DNA of 63,795 nucleotides from Paraspadella gotoi (taxonomy: Eukaryota > Animalia > Chaetognatha), in NCBI GenBank assembly GCA_051294375.1, contig CM119266.1:12561910-12625704 (forward strand), given 5' to 3'. Positions within the stretch are counted from its first letter, which is position 1. Each line of letters opens with the position of its first letter. The translations under genes were made by a program, and so were the position numbers. The notes under the pieces were generated by a model. The model worked only from the letters and a program-made list of their open reading frames with translations, was not told the DNA's origin and made no database searches. Shown piece by piece: positions 13,987 through 27,620 of the stretch.

Positions 13987-14968
13987 AGAGAGAGATTGAG
14001 AGAGAGGAGAAGAGAGAGAGAGTTAAATATTTCCCTATGGAACAAGAAGAAGACAGAAAATGAGCCTATGGACTCATCACTCTCGAAGAATCGTTGAAAT
14101 CGACGGGAAAAATGGTGGAGACTTTTTAGTTGCGCCGGAGTACTCAGCGAAGCAACTCTATAAGTCACTTTTCGGTCGCCCCGTCGGTCGATTGTATGTC
14201 CGTCTGTCGTTCTGCTCTTACTTATGTTAAAAATTCATATAATTTCTTATAGTTGTTTGTTATTTTGTTAAGACAGAGAACCTCAATTCTAAGGACTGCT
14301 TGCGCCGCCTTCAGGAATTCCTTAACTATCAAGGAATAAAAGAAAGAATTTGCAATGCAGTGCATGTCATATATACACAGGCAAAACATTTTTTATTCAT
14401 GTCATGTCATGTTATATTATGTGATCAAAAGGAAAAAAGTCACTGCGGCGCAACACTTGAATTATTCTGTTTTCTTTCTTCGAAATTTCCTTCTTTTTAT
14501 CAGCTTTCTTTTTTTCCTTATTTTTTCTTTTTTCTTTTTTTTCTCTTTTAATGAAATAAAGCTATTTTTGAGTTTCCAGGGACTAAAACTGTTTAATAAG
14601 ACGTTTTTCTTCTTTCGATTGGCGAATAATAACGAGAACACAATTTTTTCCCATTTTTTTTTTTCTGACGGTAGAACTGGAGAAAAAGATGATCATTTTA
14701 TGACTTCATAAAAATTAATGGAATCATATAACGTTTGTATTTCAATTAATGATGTGGAAAATTATACCAACAGTCTCGGTGCTTGTCGTTGTTGTTGTTG
14801 TTGTTGATTTTTTTTCGGCCAATAAATTACCAGAACGAAGCGTTTGTCGATAACGACAGTTGACGAGTTGACACCGCTGACAATTCGTGTCAAGCGTTCT
14901 CCCAGCCGCGTCTTCCAGCTTTCACGTTCTCGTCTCACTCGATTAATCACTTCCGCAAGAACGCGAGC
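11376..14968. repeat. About 1.8 kb tandem duplication (11376-13196 and 13222-14968) separated by a 25-N gap; probable assembly artefact
   Basis: Both copies begin acga(c/t)ctcgaaacgaaggcgcgtctctc and are colinear to the end. Differences are mostly 1-2 nt indels. Confidence 0.9.
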
Positions 14969-15128
14969 CGGCGACGTCGGTTCTCAATTCCAATTTGACG
15001 AAACTGAAAGAAATAAAGAGAAAAAAAAAAAGAGGCTCAGTCTCTCACGTCTCACCGATTCGCATTTCGATCTTGACCTCGTCCTACTTTTTTTGAGAGA
15101 GAGAGAGAGAGAGAGATGAGAGAGAGGC

Positions 15129-15175
<47 letters not shown>

Positions 15176-18100
15176 TCCTCTTCCACGAGGTCGGAAGGCG
15201 ACATCAGGCGGCCTGCGGCGGCCTCAGCCCCGAACGGCCTGAACGATCCCTGCGGGCTGCGACCCCAGGGGCGAACCCCGGGGTCAGAGTCCTCTTCGAA
15301 TTCATTGGGTAAAGCGAGAAAAAAACGACGCTAGAGGGCTGAGGAGGAAGAGGAAGAGGAAGAGGAAGAGATCGCGGAGGACAAAAAACGTTCGCCTCCA
15401 TTTCTGGAGGTCGTGAGTGGAAGAAAATGGCGGCGGGCGGCGGGCGGCGGAGATGGCCGCAGCGGTGGTAATTCCGGTCAAGTGGCGGTCATTTGGCGAT
15501 GAGACCGCTGGGGGGATTTTGCTCGAGATTGTTAGAGAAATTGGGTTTGGGAAAGAATCTCCCCCTTTTTTTTTTATGGGACAAACGAATGACGTGACGA
15601 CTAATTTTGGGCATCAGTTATAAGTTAATTTCGCACTTCACATTTTAAGAGCGAGAAAATCTACGCGGAGTTTAAAAAAAAAACTCAATGGCCAGAAATG
15701 CGATTAAAAAAAAATTAAAGTTACAGACGCGAGAGCAAAAAAAGATAAGCTAAAAGGTAAGATATATACCTGTGCACGACAAATAAAAAAAAATGGAAGA
15801 GAAAAAAGTAAATATATTCTAGCAAAAAAAAAACTGGAGTGACAGAATCTGACGAAAAAAAAAAACCTCAAGAAACTTAAACAAAAACCACGAAACAGAA
15901 ATAAAACAGAAAAAAAAAACAGGGTTTGCAATAAGGGGAAAAAAAATTGGTTGACATCGGTTGTGACCTTCGACGTTGGACTCGCCCGAATGCTCTCGAC
16001 CCGGAAAACTAATGTCTCCCAATTTCACGCAAATTTAACCGGAAATCTGGAGAGACAGAAAAAAAAGAGAGAGAATCCTCTCTGCCAGGCACGGACGGAG
16101 AGGGGAGACTTTGCCCGGTCTGGCACGCCATACCGCGTTAAGGCCGTTCAGTGTTTATATTATATACTAAAAGCAGTAAAATGTCCAAACAGATGATTGA
16201 GTAAGAAAAGCTCAAAGTTTTTTTTTCCTAATTTTTTAAAAAAACTTTGTTAACCTTTTCCAAATGCAATAGGATGACCTTCACTCTGTGAAAAACCTCC
16301 TATATAAACGAAATCCAGCTCCTCCCCCCGACAAAAAAAAATGGGGGCGGACGAGCCCCTTTGCCCGAGTAAAACGTCGCAAAGATGGAAACGAAAACAG
16401 AAGGAAAGAAAAAAATGGTTGCCAATTAATTGTCCGACAAATGAGGCGAAAGAAAAACAAACAAGTCAACTAAATGACCGTTAAGCGCGCAAACCTGCCG
16501 CATTAGGTTCGTGTTAAATCACCGGCCCCTTGCCTGCAAATCTCTCCCGATGTTTCTTTTTGTTTTTTGTTTGTCTTTCTTTTTTTATCTCTCTCTNNNN
16601 NNNNNNNNNNNNNNNNNNNNNNNNNNNNNNNNNNNNNNNNNNNNNNNNNNNNNNNNNNNNNNNNNNNNNNNNNNNNNNNNNNNNNNNNNNNNNNNNNNNN
16701 NNNNNNNNNNNNNNNNNNNNNNNNNNNNNNNNNNNNCCTCGCTTTTTTCCCCTGATGAGCGTTTTGAACCTAATCAAAGCTGCATCTCACGTGTTTAACC
16801 TTTTTCTTCGAGCGCCCGGCGCGGGCGAGATTAAAGAAGGGGGAACGCGTTCCATCGCCTCTGAAGCCGTAAAACCACCTAAAAACAAAAACCACCACGG
16901 ATTAAACCACCCTGAAACCACCCTCGGTTCTCTAGAAAGGCCCTAGACGACCTCCGTAAAACTTGAAAGGCTTTAATAACTTCCTTGAAGAAACTTACCC
17001 GCCCACTCCTTTCGCCAAGGATTCGATCACGTACAGCGACGCGTTTCGGCGCCAGAAGCGATCTTCATTCTGAGCAGACGATGCACACCCTTGCCTCACC
17101 TTCGCATTCACTCACCAGTCTCTTTTTCACCCTTTCACTGCTTCACAGTTCCTTCCTTTGCCCCTCACTTTTTTTCTTTCTTCACGCTCGGCTTCTCATT
17201 GCCGAACAACTCGCTCGTTCGTTCCTTCATTCTTTTCTTCTTTCCTTCCTTTATTCGTTCTATCTTTTTTTACATTTTATGCGATATAAAGTTCAGATTG
17301 CTTTGCCATTGCCTTATTCGTTTTTATTTTTTGACATTTGATCGACATTTGCGACAAAACTATTTTCATCTAAGTAGGTCGTTTCTGTTTCAACCATTTG
17401 TTCCTCAAGCTGTAGAGTTGTTCCCTTTTAAATCGCTACCTTTATGTGTCCGCCCTTCCGATTTATGTGCCACGCCCATCGTCCGTCACCCGTCGCCCGA
17501 CACAGCGTGACTTGACCTTGTGATAGGGGGAGACTAANNNNNNNNNNAAAGAAAAAATGGCGTCTATCTCATTTCGCATTCAAATTACATTTTTTAAAAA
17601 AATTGATAGACAATTTTTTTTTATATTACTCATTACTCCATATTATTAATTTTGTTAATATTTATTTATAAATAGGAAAGGCCCTAAAATTTTTTTTGGG
17701 GATTTTTTTATTTCAAGATCAGATTTAGGAGCTTGCAAAAAGTTGTCTACACAAAGTATAATTATTTTTTCGATATTCTTGATCATAAGTAGCTTGAAAA
17801 ATATGAAAAACTATTTATAATCATCATCATCATCATTTTTCGATAATTTTATTACTTTTTCTTAATTTTACCAAGAAAACAATAAATATTTTCGAAAGTT
17901 GTGAGTTAAATTTTTTATTGAACTTTTATGCTCTATCAGAATCATTCCAAAAAAGTTAAGATTGATTTTAAAAATTTTTTTTATCATTATATAGTAATAT
18001 GTAATCTTAATAGCAACCAATAAAAGCATTAAAATCGAACTTTTTTAAAAATTCTTTTTTTTAACCTAAAAGTAGACTTCAAGACCTAAAGTTTTGAAAC

Positions 18101-18267
18101 CCCGCCCCTATTGAATTTATTCATAGGAGATTTCACTTGTGAATCCTCGCCCTTCGCGCCAAAAACAAAAAAATGCCCGTCTATCTCATTTCGCATTCAA
18201 ATTTACATTTTAACCGAATGAGACAAGTTTCTGAAGTTTTGAAAACCAGAGGCGGAGACGGAGAGAG

Positions 18268-18304
<37 letters not shown>

Positions 18305-18699
18305 TGATGACGAGAAGAGAGCACGATGAGAGGAGAGAGAGAGACGAGAGAGAGAGCAGAAATAGAGAGAGAGAAAAGATAAAATAAATCCTTGAAAAAC
18401 CTAATTTCGAGAACAAGGGGAACAACGGGCGACAATAATTAAAACAACGATAAAAACCGCGAAAAAAAAAAGAAAGACGAAAGTGCGGATCGTAACTAAG
18501 GACCTTGGAGGAGAGATTTCATGGAACAGCCCTTCATCGTCCCGGAGGATACTTTTATAAATTACGAGGAATGTTATCTCGAAAATTAGGGCGATTTTTT
18601 TTTTTTCCTGTTCTTTTTTTTTTTCTTGCTCCTCCTCCTAATGGGTTAGCGGCGTTCGAAAAAGATTGCGGAAGGATTTGGGATTTGAGAAGATTTGAA

Positions 18700-18736
<37 letters not shown>

Positions 18737-20674
18737 TATCTGAGTGAAAGATATCTGATTGAAAGTTTGGGGGAATGAAGAAAAAGAAAGATAAAAAAAT
18801 TTCCAAGGAATATCTTATGTTTTAACTTATAATATCAAAACAGATAAACAGAGCATACATAACAAACCAGATAAGAAACTTAGATCAGTCGTAAACCAAT
18901 CTTGACTAGTTGAGGAGGAATGAGTGCCAGTAATTGACCGATAAGGACTCGGGACTTGGGACTGGGGACTTGAGACTTGAGGGGCTTTAAAGTTTCGAGG
19001 CTGAGGAATCGTTTTAATCGGATGATTGGTCGAGTCTCTTCAAGACTTTGAAGTTGAGAAACGACTCTCGTCGCTAAGACGACGGAAGGGTCTGATTCTG
19101 GAAGGGGGAAAAGGGATGTAGGGGGGGATCGAGAGGGTAAAGATACTACGAATCTGGAGTGGAAACTTTTAGTGGTCAGAAGCGATCGACGGAGGGACAA
19201 AGGTTACTGGGGAATAGGTAGTCTTGATTGTTCAAAGATGGCCCGAAGCTTATTCCAGTCGGGCGGAAGTTTTTAGTCGAAAGTTTATTCTGTCCGTCTG
19301 TATGACTTAGAAAAAGAAAAACGTTACGGAAAAGGGATTTATCGGCTGAATAACGCGTTTTGGGAGCTCGAATGAGGCAGAAATAATAAGGAAGAGGAAG
19401 ACGAGGAGCAGCAGCAGGAAAAGCAGAACGAGGAGGAAGAGAAAGAAAGAATGAGTGATCGACGCGAATTATTGGACACTTGAACGATGATATCTTTGTT
19501 TAAACGAAAATTCGTTCGTCGCTTCGATTTTGAGTCCATGATTTCAGAATAGAATTGATGGAGAGGCAGAGAGAGAGCCGGACGGTGGAAGATCTGGCCG
19601 AGAGAGACGAGTCGTGGTATCGTCCTTCTCTTCAAGGATTCGAGACAGAAGAGGTCGTGAAGAGGGTCAACGCGGTGGTCGAGAAAGGGCGGGGTCAGGA
19701 CCGCCCAAACTTAGAGAAAGGCGGCGGGGAAAGAGTGGGGTTGTGAAAAAGGAGAGGCGGGGGGGAAAAAGAATACGCGGAATGAGAAATTTGGTTATTG
19801 CCGCATGGCAGATAAAATAGGGTGCGGGAAGACTGGGAAGAAGTGGACTCGGGCGTGGCTAGTGGGAGAGGAGTATAGAGGGCGCTGGGGTAGAGAGAGA
19901 GAAAATGATCGGAATATCAAGGGAGAAAATTTTGAGTCTTGGGTTCACAGAGGAAAAAAAAGTAAGGGAAAAAAAAAGAAGTGAGGTCGATTTGCTCGAG
20001 AAAATTCTGTTTAAGAGGGAGAGAGGTCAGAGAAAAAAGTTGTTACGAGGGGAAAGGTTAAACAAAAAAAAAAGTTTCCTGACGGAGAAGGAGGGAGAGC
20101 GAGACAATGGCAATGCGGCTGCGTTTCTTGGGCGGGTGAGAGAGAGAGGGAGTGGGTGAAGGAGTTGATGGTGGAGCTATTGACGAAAGGAGCGGAAATA
20201 TGGCTCGAGAGTAGCGATGATTAACTATTTTATTTCTAATATGGATCAAATCAGATGATATAGTACTCAATTACTAAAATAACCCTTCTCCCTATGGATA
20301 TGTATATCCAGTAGAGAATGAAGCGGCGGCCTGATGGCTCAAGGGAAGCGGTGGCCAACGTAGCTCGCTCTTAGAAGGCGTGTCCCGACCAGAAAATTTA
20401 TCCCTAGGAGTTGTGAAGACCGAGGCGGCGGTTTGAAAGGAGGGTGCGGCGGTTGCGGCGGTTGCGGCGGCCGCGGCTGCGGCGGTCGTTGCGCCGGAGA
20501 TGGCGGTGGCGGCGGCGGCGGCGGCGAAAGAAACTTTTTTTTTCATACCCAGCGCAAAAATCAAGATGTGCGGAATAAATTAGGCGGTGCGCAGCTGCAC
20601 GGAGGGAAAAGAGAGGAGAATGGGAGACGAGGGGCAGAGAGAGAGATATGAGGGGAAAAAATGGAGGTAGAATG

Positions 20675-20675
<1 letters not shown>

Positions 20676-20737
<62 letters not shown>

Positions 20738-20762
20738 AGGAAAGAAAGAAAGAGAGAAAGAA
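20676..20762. repeat. (AAAG)n microsatellite
   Basis: Read directly from the sequence. A complementary (CTTT)n tract lies at about 34905-35020. Confidence 0.95.
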
Positions 20763-21604
20763 AAAAATATGAAAAGTCAAAGGGACGCCGCTATAAAAAA
20801 ATATGGAGAAAGAAAATTAGAAAGAGAAGGAGAGAGAAGAAAGAAAGAGACGCGGTTATAAAAGAGAAGGAAGCCTTTTATACCGAAATGAACGAAATTA
20901 AAAATTTACTCCCAATGTCTGGGCGAAGGGGTAAGGGTTAGGAGGAAAGGAAAAAAAAGGAAAGGAGGCAAAATGGTGAGAATAAAAGGCGAAGGAAAGG
21001 AGAAAATGAAAATGAAAATAGCGGTAAGCAAGGATCTCTTTCGTTTAACAAAGAGAAAAGCGAAATTTGCTGGTCTTCACTTTTTTCCTCGACACCTCCC
21101 TATTTTTTTTCTTTTGTCAGTTTTTTAGGCTTAATTTTATGAATTTCCGTTGTTATTGTTGTTGTTGTTGTTGTTTCCTCCGTTTTCCTTTTCGACTTTC
21201 GACTCATCACTTGATTATCTTCCTCTTTTCTTCCTATTGATTGTTGCCATCAATTTCCAGATTCTCGGCATTTCATTACTTTAGTTGTTTTTCTGTCATT
21301 CGATTTTGTTTTCTTCCTTTTTTTTATTTTTATTTCGTTTGTTTACCTTTTTTCCTTTTTATAATTCGTAATTTTTTGTTTTATTGCTCCAGTAGAAGAG
21401 TCTATTCTTACGTAAGTTAATAATTTTGTTTAGTTTTTTAGTCTTCTTGTATAAACTTATCTCGCTGTTATCGATTTAAGTTTCTTTCATTTTTTTTTCT
21501 TTCATTCTTTTTCTTTTGTTTTCTTTCCTTACTTTTCCTTATTTTTTCTTTCCTTTTTTGTCTCTACATCTCGCGGGGATCCCGACGCCTCTATCGACGC
21601 CTCT

Positions 21605-21750
21605 GACCGGAAGTAGCGTTGATTTCTCCTGAGCGAAGCGGCGGCTGGCGTCGCGGCGGCGGCTGGCGGCGGCGGCTGATGGCGGCGACCGCAGGCGGCG
21701 GACGGTGGCGGCGGCCAGAGCGGCGCCGCGATTAAGACTCCGCCCGAAAT
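21605..21750. promoter_or_regulatory. GC-rich promoter-like island (ETS-type CCGGAAGT, GGC repeats, GC box CTCCGCCC)
   Basis: Motif cluster at the edge of a long T-rich tract. No transcript evidence. Confidence 0.2.
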
Positions 21751-23781
21751 GACTTTCTTATCGCAACCCTAAACAGAATGAGAGCAGAGAGAGAGAGACG
21801 AGAGAGAGAGAGAGAGAGAGACGAGAGACGAGACAGAGGAGGAGAGAGAGAGAGAGAGAGAGGAAAAAGCCGGACAGCTCCGCCTTAATGCCGGATTGCC
21901 TTTAATCCCTTTCCCGCATCTATTTTTATGTTTTTTCCTTAACTTTCCTTTCCCTTTCTCGATTCTATCTCTTTCCTTTTTCTCCCTTTTCTTCCTTTCC
22001 TTCCCTTTCCTCCCTTTTTTTTTTCTCCGGCGAAATCAAACGGATCAGACTTCCGGCTAATATTCGCCATTGAGTAACACGATCTCTCGCCCCATTTTCC
22101 TTTCCCGCCCCTCCTCCTCCTCCTCTCCCGCACAGCTCCTCTAACGGCTGCCGATGAAAACGCACCCATTTTTTCTGCCTTTTGTTTACTTTTTTTTTCC
22201 CACCATTTTATTTATTTTGATTTCGTCTTTTTTTCTTCTTAAACATCGAGTCCCGAATTCCATCGCCGCTCGCGGGGCCGCGCGAAGTCTTTGGCGGCGC
22301 CATTAACATTCCCGTCGGTTTTTCGCCTCCGCTTCGACGGAGTTGTCGTCGTCTACGTCGTTGTCGTCGTTATTGTCGTCGTCTTTATCGTCTCGTTTTC
22401 GTCGCTGACGTCATCGTTGTCTTCTCAGTCGTTGTTGTCGCTATCTTAATCGTCCTCATAGTCGTTTTCACATAGAATTAAACTTAAAATTCGAAATTAA
22501 TAATTATATTAATGATAATCGTTAATAATCTATCCTAACCGTTGATAAATATTAATAAGGATTATTAAAGATGTTTCTCCAATTGACCATGATAATGTTT
22601 TCCAACATCTTCACGAATAACCCGTAACTTCTTATCTCACTTACCGACTTTTTTTGCTATCCTTTCCTTTTCCCTCTCATATCCGCGGCGGCCTGACTTA
22701 CCTCCCTCTCAAGACAACAATAACGAAAAATACAAAGAATCGAAAAGTCCGTTTAGTTATGTATCTCATTCCGTCGTCGAGAGAAAAAAAAATACACACA
22801 GACGAACTACAAAAATCCATTAAGTCTCCAGAAAACGTCGGCTCAGCCCTTACTTTATCGATAATCGCCCTATTCCTTCTCTCTCTCTCGTCTCCCTGTT
22901 ATTCCTCTCTCCTCTCCCTCTCTCTCATCTCCTCTCTCTTCTCTCATTCTCTCTCTCTCTCTACTCTCTCTCTCCTCTCTCTCTTTTCATATCTGCAGCT
23001 TTTATCTCTCTACTTTTTTTGTGTTCCCAGCGTGCAAAAACTTAGGTAGAAGAAAACTAGAGATGAGGAGTGATGAGAGACGACGAGAGAGACGAGAGAG
23101 ATGAGAGAGAGAGAGAGAGGAGAAGCAGAGCAGGAGAGAGCGAGCAGGACGAGCATGAGCGAGAGAGAGAAAGAATAATCCCCTGCGATATTGTTCTCCC
23201 CTTTTCTCTGCTCCCAGAGACATTAATTAGACCCAACAGATTGGGTTTTTTTTTCCAGCGCCGAGAAAAAAAAATATAATCGGCGCCGGGGAAAATCGAC
23301 GCTAAAATTCCGGCGGCCGATGATGCGCGGGAAAGGAGAATGACGGAAACGATCTCTGAAGACGACGACGACGACGACGACGACGACGACAAAGATGGAT
23401 GCGGACAAGATTAGTTGATATCGAAAGATGAGACAGAGATGGCGTTGGTGGCAACGAGAACGACCGTCTGAAAGATGAGGACGATGATACGAAGACGACG
23501 ACGATGACGACGACGAAGACGAAAACTAAAACGAAAACGACGAAGAAATAGATTGACGGAATTTAATAACCTTAGACTGAGATAGAATCTTGATTGAAAG
23601 CTTACAGGGTCCTGCCATGTTATAGTTTTTTTATCCAAAATCAGTGGCAAGATCAATTTCATACATGAAGATGACATGACATTAATCAAATAATCGAGTA
23701 CATTAGAAACGAATGCACTTACTGACAATTAACGACAATGATAGCGATTGCTCTATAGATATTTCTTTTTAATCAACTCAC

Positions 23782-23818
<37 letters not shown>

Positions 23819-26800
23819 TCGCCGTCTCGTCAATTATGAAAATCCTTCTCTCATCAATTCCTCAATTTCCCCTTCGGTTCTTAGGTTTCCTTCAGTTTTT
23901 TTTTTAAATTCTCCATCCATTCATCCCTACATATTTTTTTTTTAATAAAAAATATTTTATGAATATAATTTTCCAAACAACTCTCTTTCTGTAATTTAAC
24001 GCCGTGAGCTTGGTCTGATTTTCTTTTTTAATTAAACAACCGACAGAAATTTAAAAAGAAAATAAAAAAAGTGAATTTCTTTATTTTCTTCTTTTTTTTA
24101 AATTTTTTTGGAAACCGTAATGAATCGGAAATGTAAGGAGATTTTTGCATATAGAGTATTTTCAATTCTTTTTTTTTCTATTTCGAGAGAGATTTACGAC
24201 TCAGACTTTTCTCTCTTCTATTCGCTTCACTTTCTTTCTATATTTTTATGAGAGGATCGTCTGCTCCTTTCTCCTCTTATCGTCTCTTCCTATAAACATC
24301 TCTTCAGTCCACCATCTATACCTCCTCGCCCATCTTCTCAACCTGTATTCTCTCACGCAAAAACCCCCCGTCATTTCATTAAACATTCATCCCCCGCTTT
24401 TTCATCTCTTAACCCTCGTCGTGATTTTCTTATCACGCATTCACGGTGGTTGGCCGTCTCACCGACGTTGCTCCCAGCGCACTGACCCCTCGGGTCGAGG
24501 AAGATTCCGGATTTTTCCCGTCTTCATGAAAATTTTAAGAAACGAAGGGACGTATTTGTTTTCCTCTTTATATCAGAAAACGGTGAGAAGTGGGAACAGC
24601 ATCTGATCTTCCCAACCGAACCAAGTCCCACCTTCTCCAGCCCTTCCCAGACTTTCCTCCCTTCGATCCAATTCTCCCTCCCAGCCCCCGCCTATCCCCG
24701 CCAATCCCTGCTTTTCCCGCCCTCTTCGCGTTTCCTTGATTAATGTCGGACAGACGCGAAACATCTTCTCTCGCGATTTCGTTCCCAGGATACGAACACG
24801 TGATCTTCGAGAGAACGACGCGTGGTCGCCGCTCGGTCGGATCGGGGATGGAAATGTATTTAACGTCTCAACGTGAATTTCTTTTGTGGGCATCAGGTGA
24901 CTGGATATCCGGGAGGGAATCGGTAGGCGGTTGGCGTCGACGGCCTTTTGGTTGGCGCCACGGACGCGGTTGGGAGGTAAAACTCCGTTAACGAGACGTT
25001 AAATTGAGCGGATGTGCGAGAACGCCGCGCGACGAAGGCGACGCCAGTTCAACATCCGGAGTTGAAAGTGTTGTTTTTTTCTACCGCGGATCAATCCAAC
25101 TCGGCTGGTAAACAGCAACTGCGAACATTCTTGGCTTTATGACTTCTTTATTATTAACAACAACGAAGGACAACAACCATTCATACAATATCATCTCCGG
25201 ACGCGGAAGAACATTCGAACCCAAAAGGCATAGGGGAATAAACAAGGACCTACTCGAATGAAAGGACATAATCCGATAAACATTCCACGCTCCCCCCCCT
25301 ACCCCCCTCTCATCCTCTCCCCCCGAGGCGAAAAAAAAACCACAAAAAAAATAATCGCCCCCTATCGTCCACCGAAAAGATAAAAAAAAAAGGGAAACGG
25401 GGTCCATCCTTCGCCGGCGTCTTTTCCGTCTTTCCCAACGACCGCAAAGATAACCATAAACAGACGCCATTCCACGCCGCCCTGCCGCCGCCCGGACGCC
25501 GCCCGAACGCCGACCGACGTAAACCATCGTCGGGGCGCTCGCGGCGTCGCCATTGGCGACGGGAAATGGCGAGGACCCCTTTATGGTCAATGTTTTTGAC
25601 AGGAATGTCCACCTGCGGAAAGAAGAAAAAATAAGAAGCCCAAATGGAATGAGGGAGAAAGAAACATAACATTTTTCCATGAAGAAAACTGCTGACACCA
25701 TTAAAAAAGCTGTTTTTATGAAAAATAGAGAAATGCGAGAGGTGTATGAGAGAAGAGAGAGAACGAAACAGAACAAAGAAAGAAAAAAGAAGTGAGAAAC
25801 GAGAAAGAAAGAGAGTAGCGCCGCCAAGATATGGAATCGCTGGAAGCTCTTATTGAGTTAATGGGTTGTATCATAGGCAAGACGACTTTTTTTTCCTTCT
25901 CTGTTATTCATAGTTCCGCCCCTTCCTTTCATTACGTTGACATTACGTTTGTTTTCTTCTTTTTTTTTTCTTCTCTGGTTTCTATTTTCTTTTTTTTATG
26001 GGAACGACGACTCGGAATGATACTCGCTTTTTTTTTTTTCAAATCAACACTCTCGAGTTTTCTCGCCTTGACTGTTTTTCTCCTCACCCATTACATACCC
26101 TAACTTACCGCAATCACTTTCTCTCATGTTTCCTTAAAAATAATGGATGACGCTAACCCCCCTCCGAACCCCCCCCTTTCCTGTTATTCATCCCGTCACT
26201 CGTTTTTGGCTGAGATAATTCTTTCGTCATTTACGCCGCCAACGACAAACTCATTTTTCACGTCAAGAATATCGACGGAGTTTTCTTTTTTTTCCCTTTT
26301 TCCTTTAGTTATTTCTTCTTTTTTTTTAAAAAGGAGGCACCGCCTCGTTATAGATTTTTTTCCCCCTTTTCTTCCACTCCCTCTCTCCCCCCTCTTTGAA
26401 AAAAATGGCGCCATAAGTCTGTCATAGATTCTTTTTTTTTTTCTTCATCTTTCACCGAAACCATTCGAACCCATTCTCAGCCCATTTCCCCGCGCTCGCT
26501 CTCTTTAGGGGTCAGGTCTTAAATTCGACGGAGTCATACCTCCAACGTGTTTCTTTAAGGCTCTCTCTCTNNNNNNNNNNNNNNNNNNNNNNNNNNNNNN
26601 NNNNNNNNNNNNNNNNNNNNNNNNNNNNNNNNNNNNNNNNNNNNNNNCCCCATTCACAATCACCCGACTGTATCTCCCTTTTCTCTTTCTGTTTTTCTTT
26701 TTTTCTTTCTGTATTTCTTTCTTTCTTTTTTATATTCTCTGTCACTTTTTTTTTTTTTTTGAAAGAAAAACGTTTCCCGCTGGCAAACTTCCTGAAAATT

Positions 26801-27504
26801 TTTCACGTTTCCGCCCCACACCCGATAATCTAACGGGGCCCGCTTTCAAGAGTTTCAATAAAAAAAAATATAATTGGGACTAAAATAAACACAAGGCCAT
26901 GAAAAAAGGAAAGTGGGCCCAAAAACGCGAAAATAAATATTAGGCAAACGAAAATAGTGCAATCACACACANNNNNNNNNNNNNNNNNNNNNNNNNNNNN
27001 NNNNNNNNNNNNNNNNNNNNNNNNNNNNNNNNNNNNNNNNNNNNNNNNNNNNNNNNNNNNNNNNNNNNNNNNNNNNNNNNNNNNNNNNNNNNNNNNNNNN
27101 NNNNNNNNNNNNNNNNNNNNNNNNNNNNNNNNNNNNNNNNNNNNNNNNNNNNNNNNNNNNNNNNNNNNNNNNNNNNNNNNNNNNNNNNNNNNNNNNNNNN
27201 NNNNNNNNNNNNNNNNNNNNNNNNNNNNNNNGAGAGGGGGGAAACACCCCTCGGGGGGATAGGAAAGGCGAGGGAGGAAAAAAGAAAAAGAGTAGAGCTC
27301 AGGCTTTAGTTTTAAAAATTTCTTATTCATGGAATATTTTTTTTTCATATTTTTCGGCCGAGCGAAAGAGAGAAAGATGGCAGAGCATCGAAAAAGAAAG
27401 AGAAATCGCGTTCCCATCTTCCCATACTTTACATATCCCCTTTTCTTCCATTTCCCATCATCATCCATCCCACTCTTTTCGTTTCGTTCATTAAACCTGG
27501 AACC

Positions 27505-27620
27505 GACCAATGACGTCGCCCGAGATCCCGAGCCAATCGCCTGCCGACCTGATGTCTTTCCGATATCCAATAACCGGCCACCTTTCTTCCTCGTTCCGCC
27601 TTCGACCTGACGATTGGGTT
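27505..27620. promoter_or_regulatory. CCAAT-box cluster with a CRE-like TGACGTC
   Basis: CCAAT at 27507, 27533 and 27567, a reverse ATTGG near 27613, and TGACGTC at 27511. Confidence 0.2.

Noticed and set aside
15268-15284. 17-nt identity GGGGCGAACCCCGGGGT with 61692-61708
   Set aside because: It is low-complexity G/C runs with no extended similarity in the flanks.
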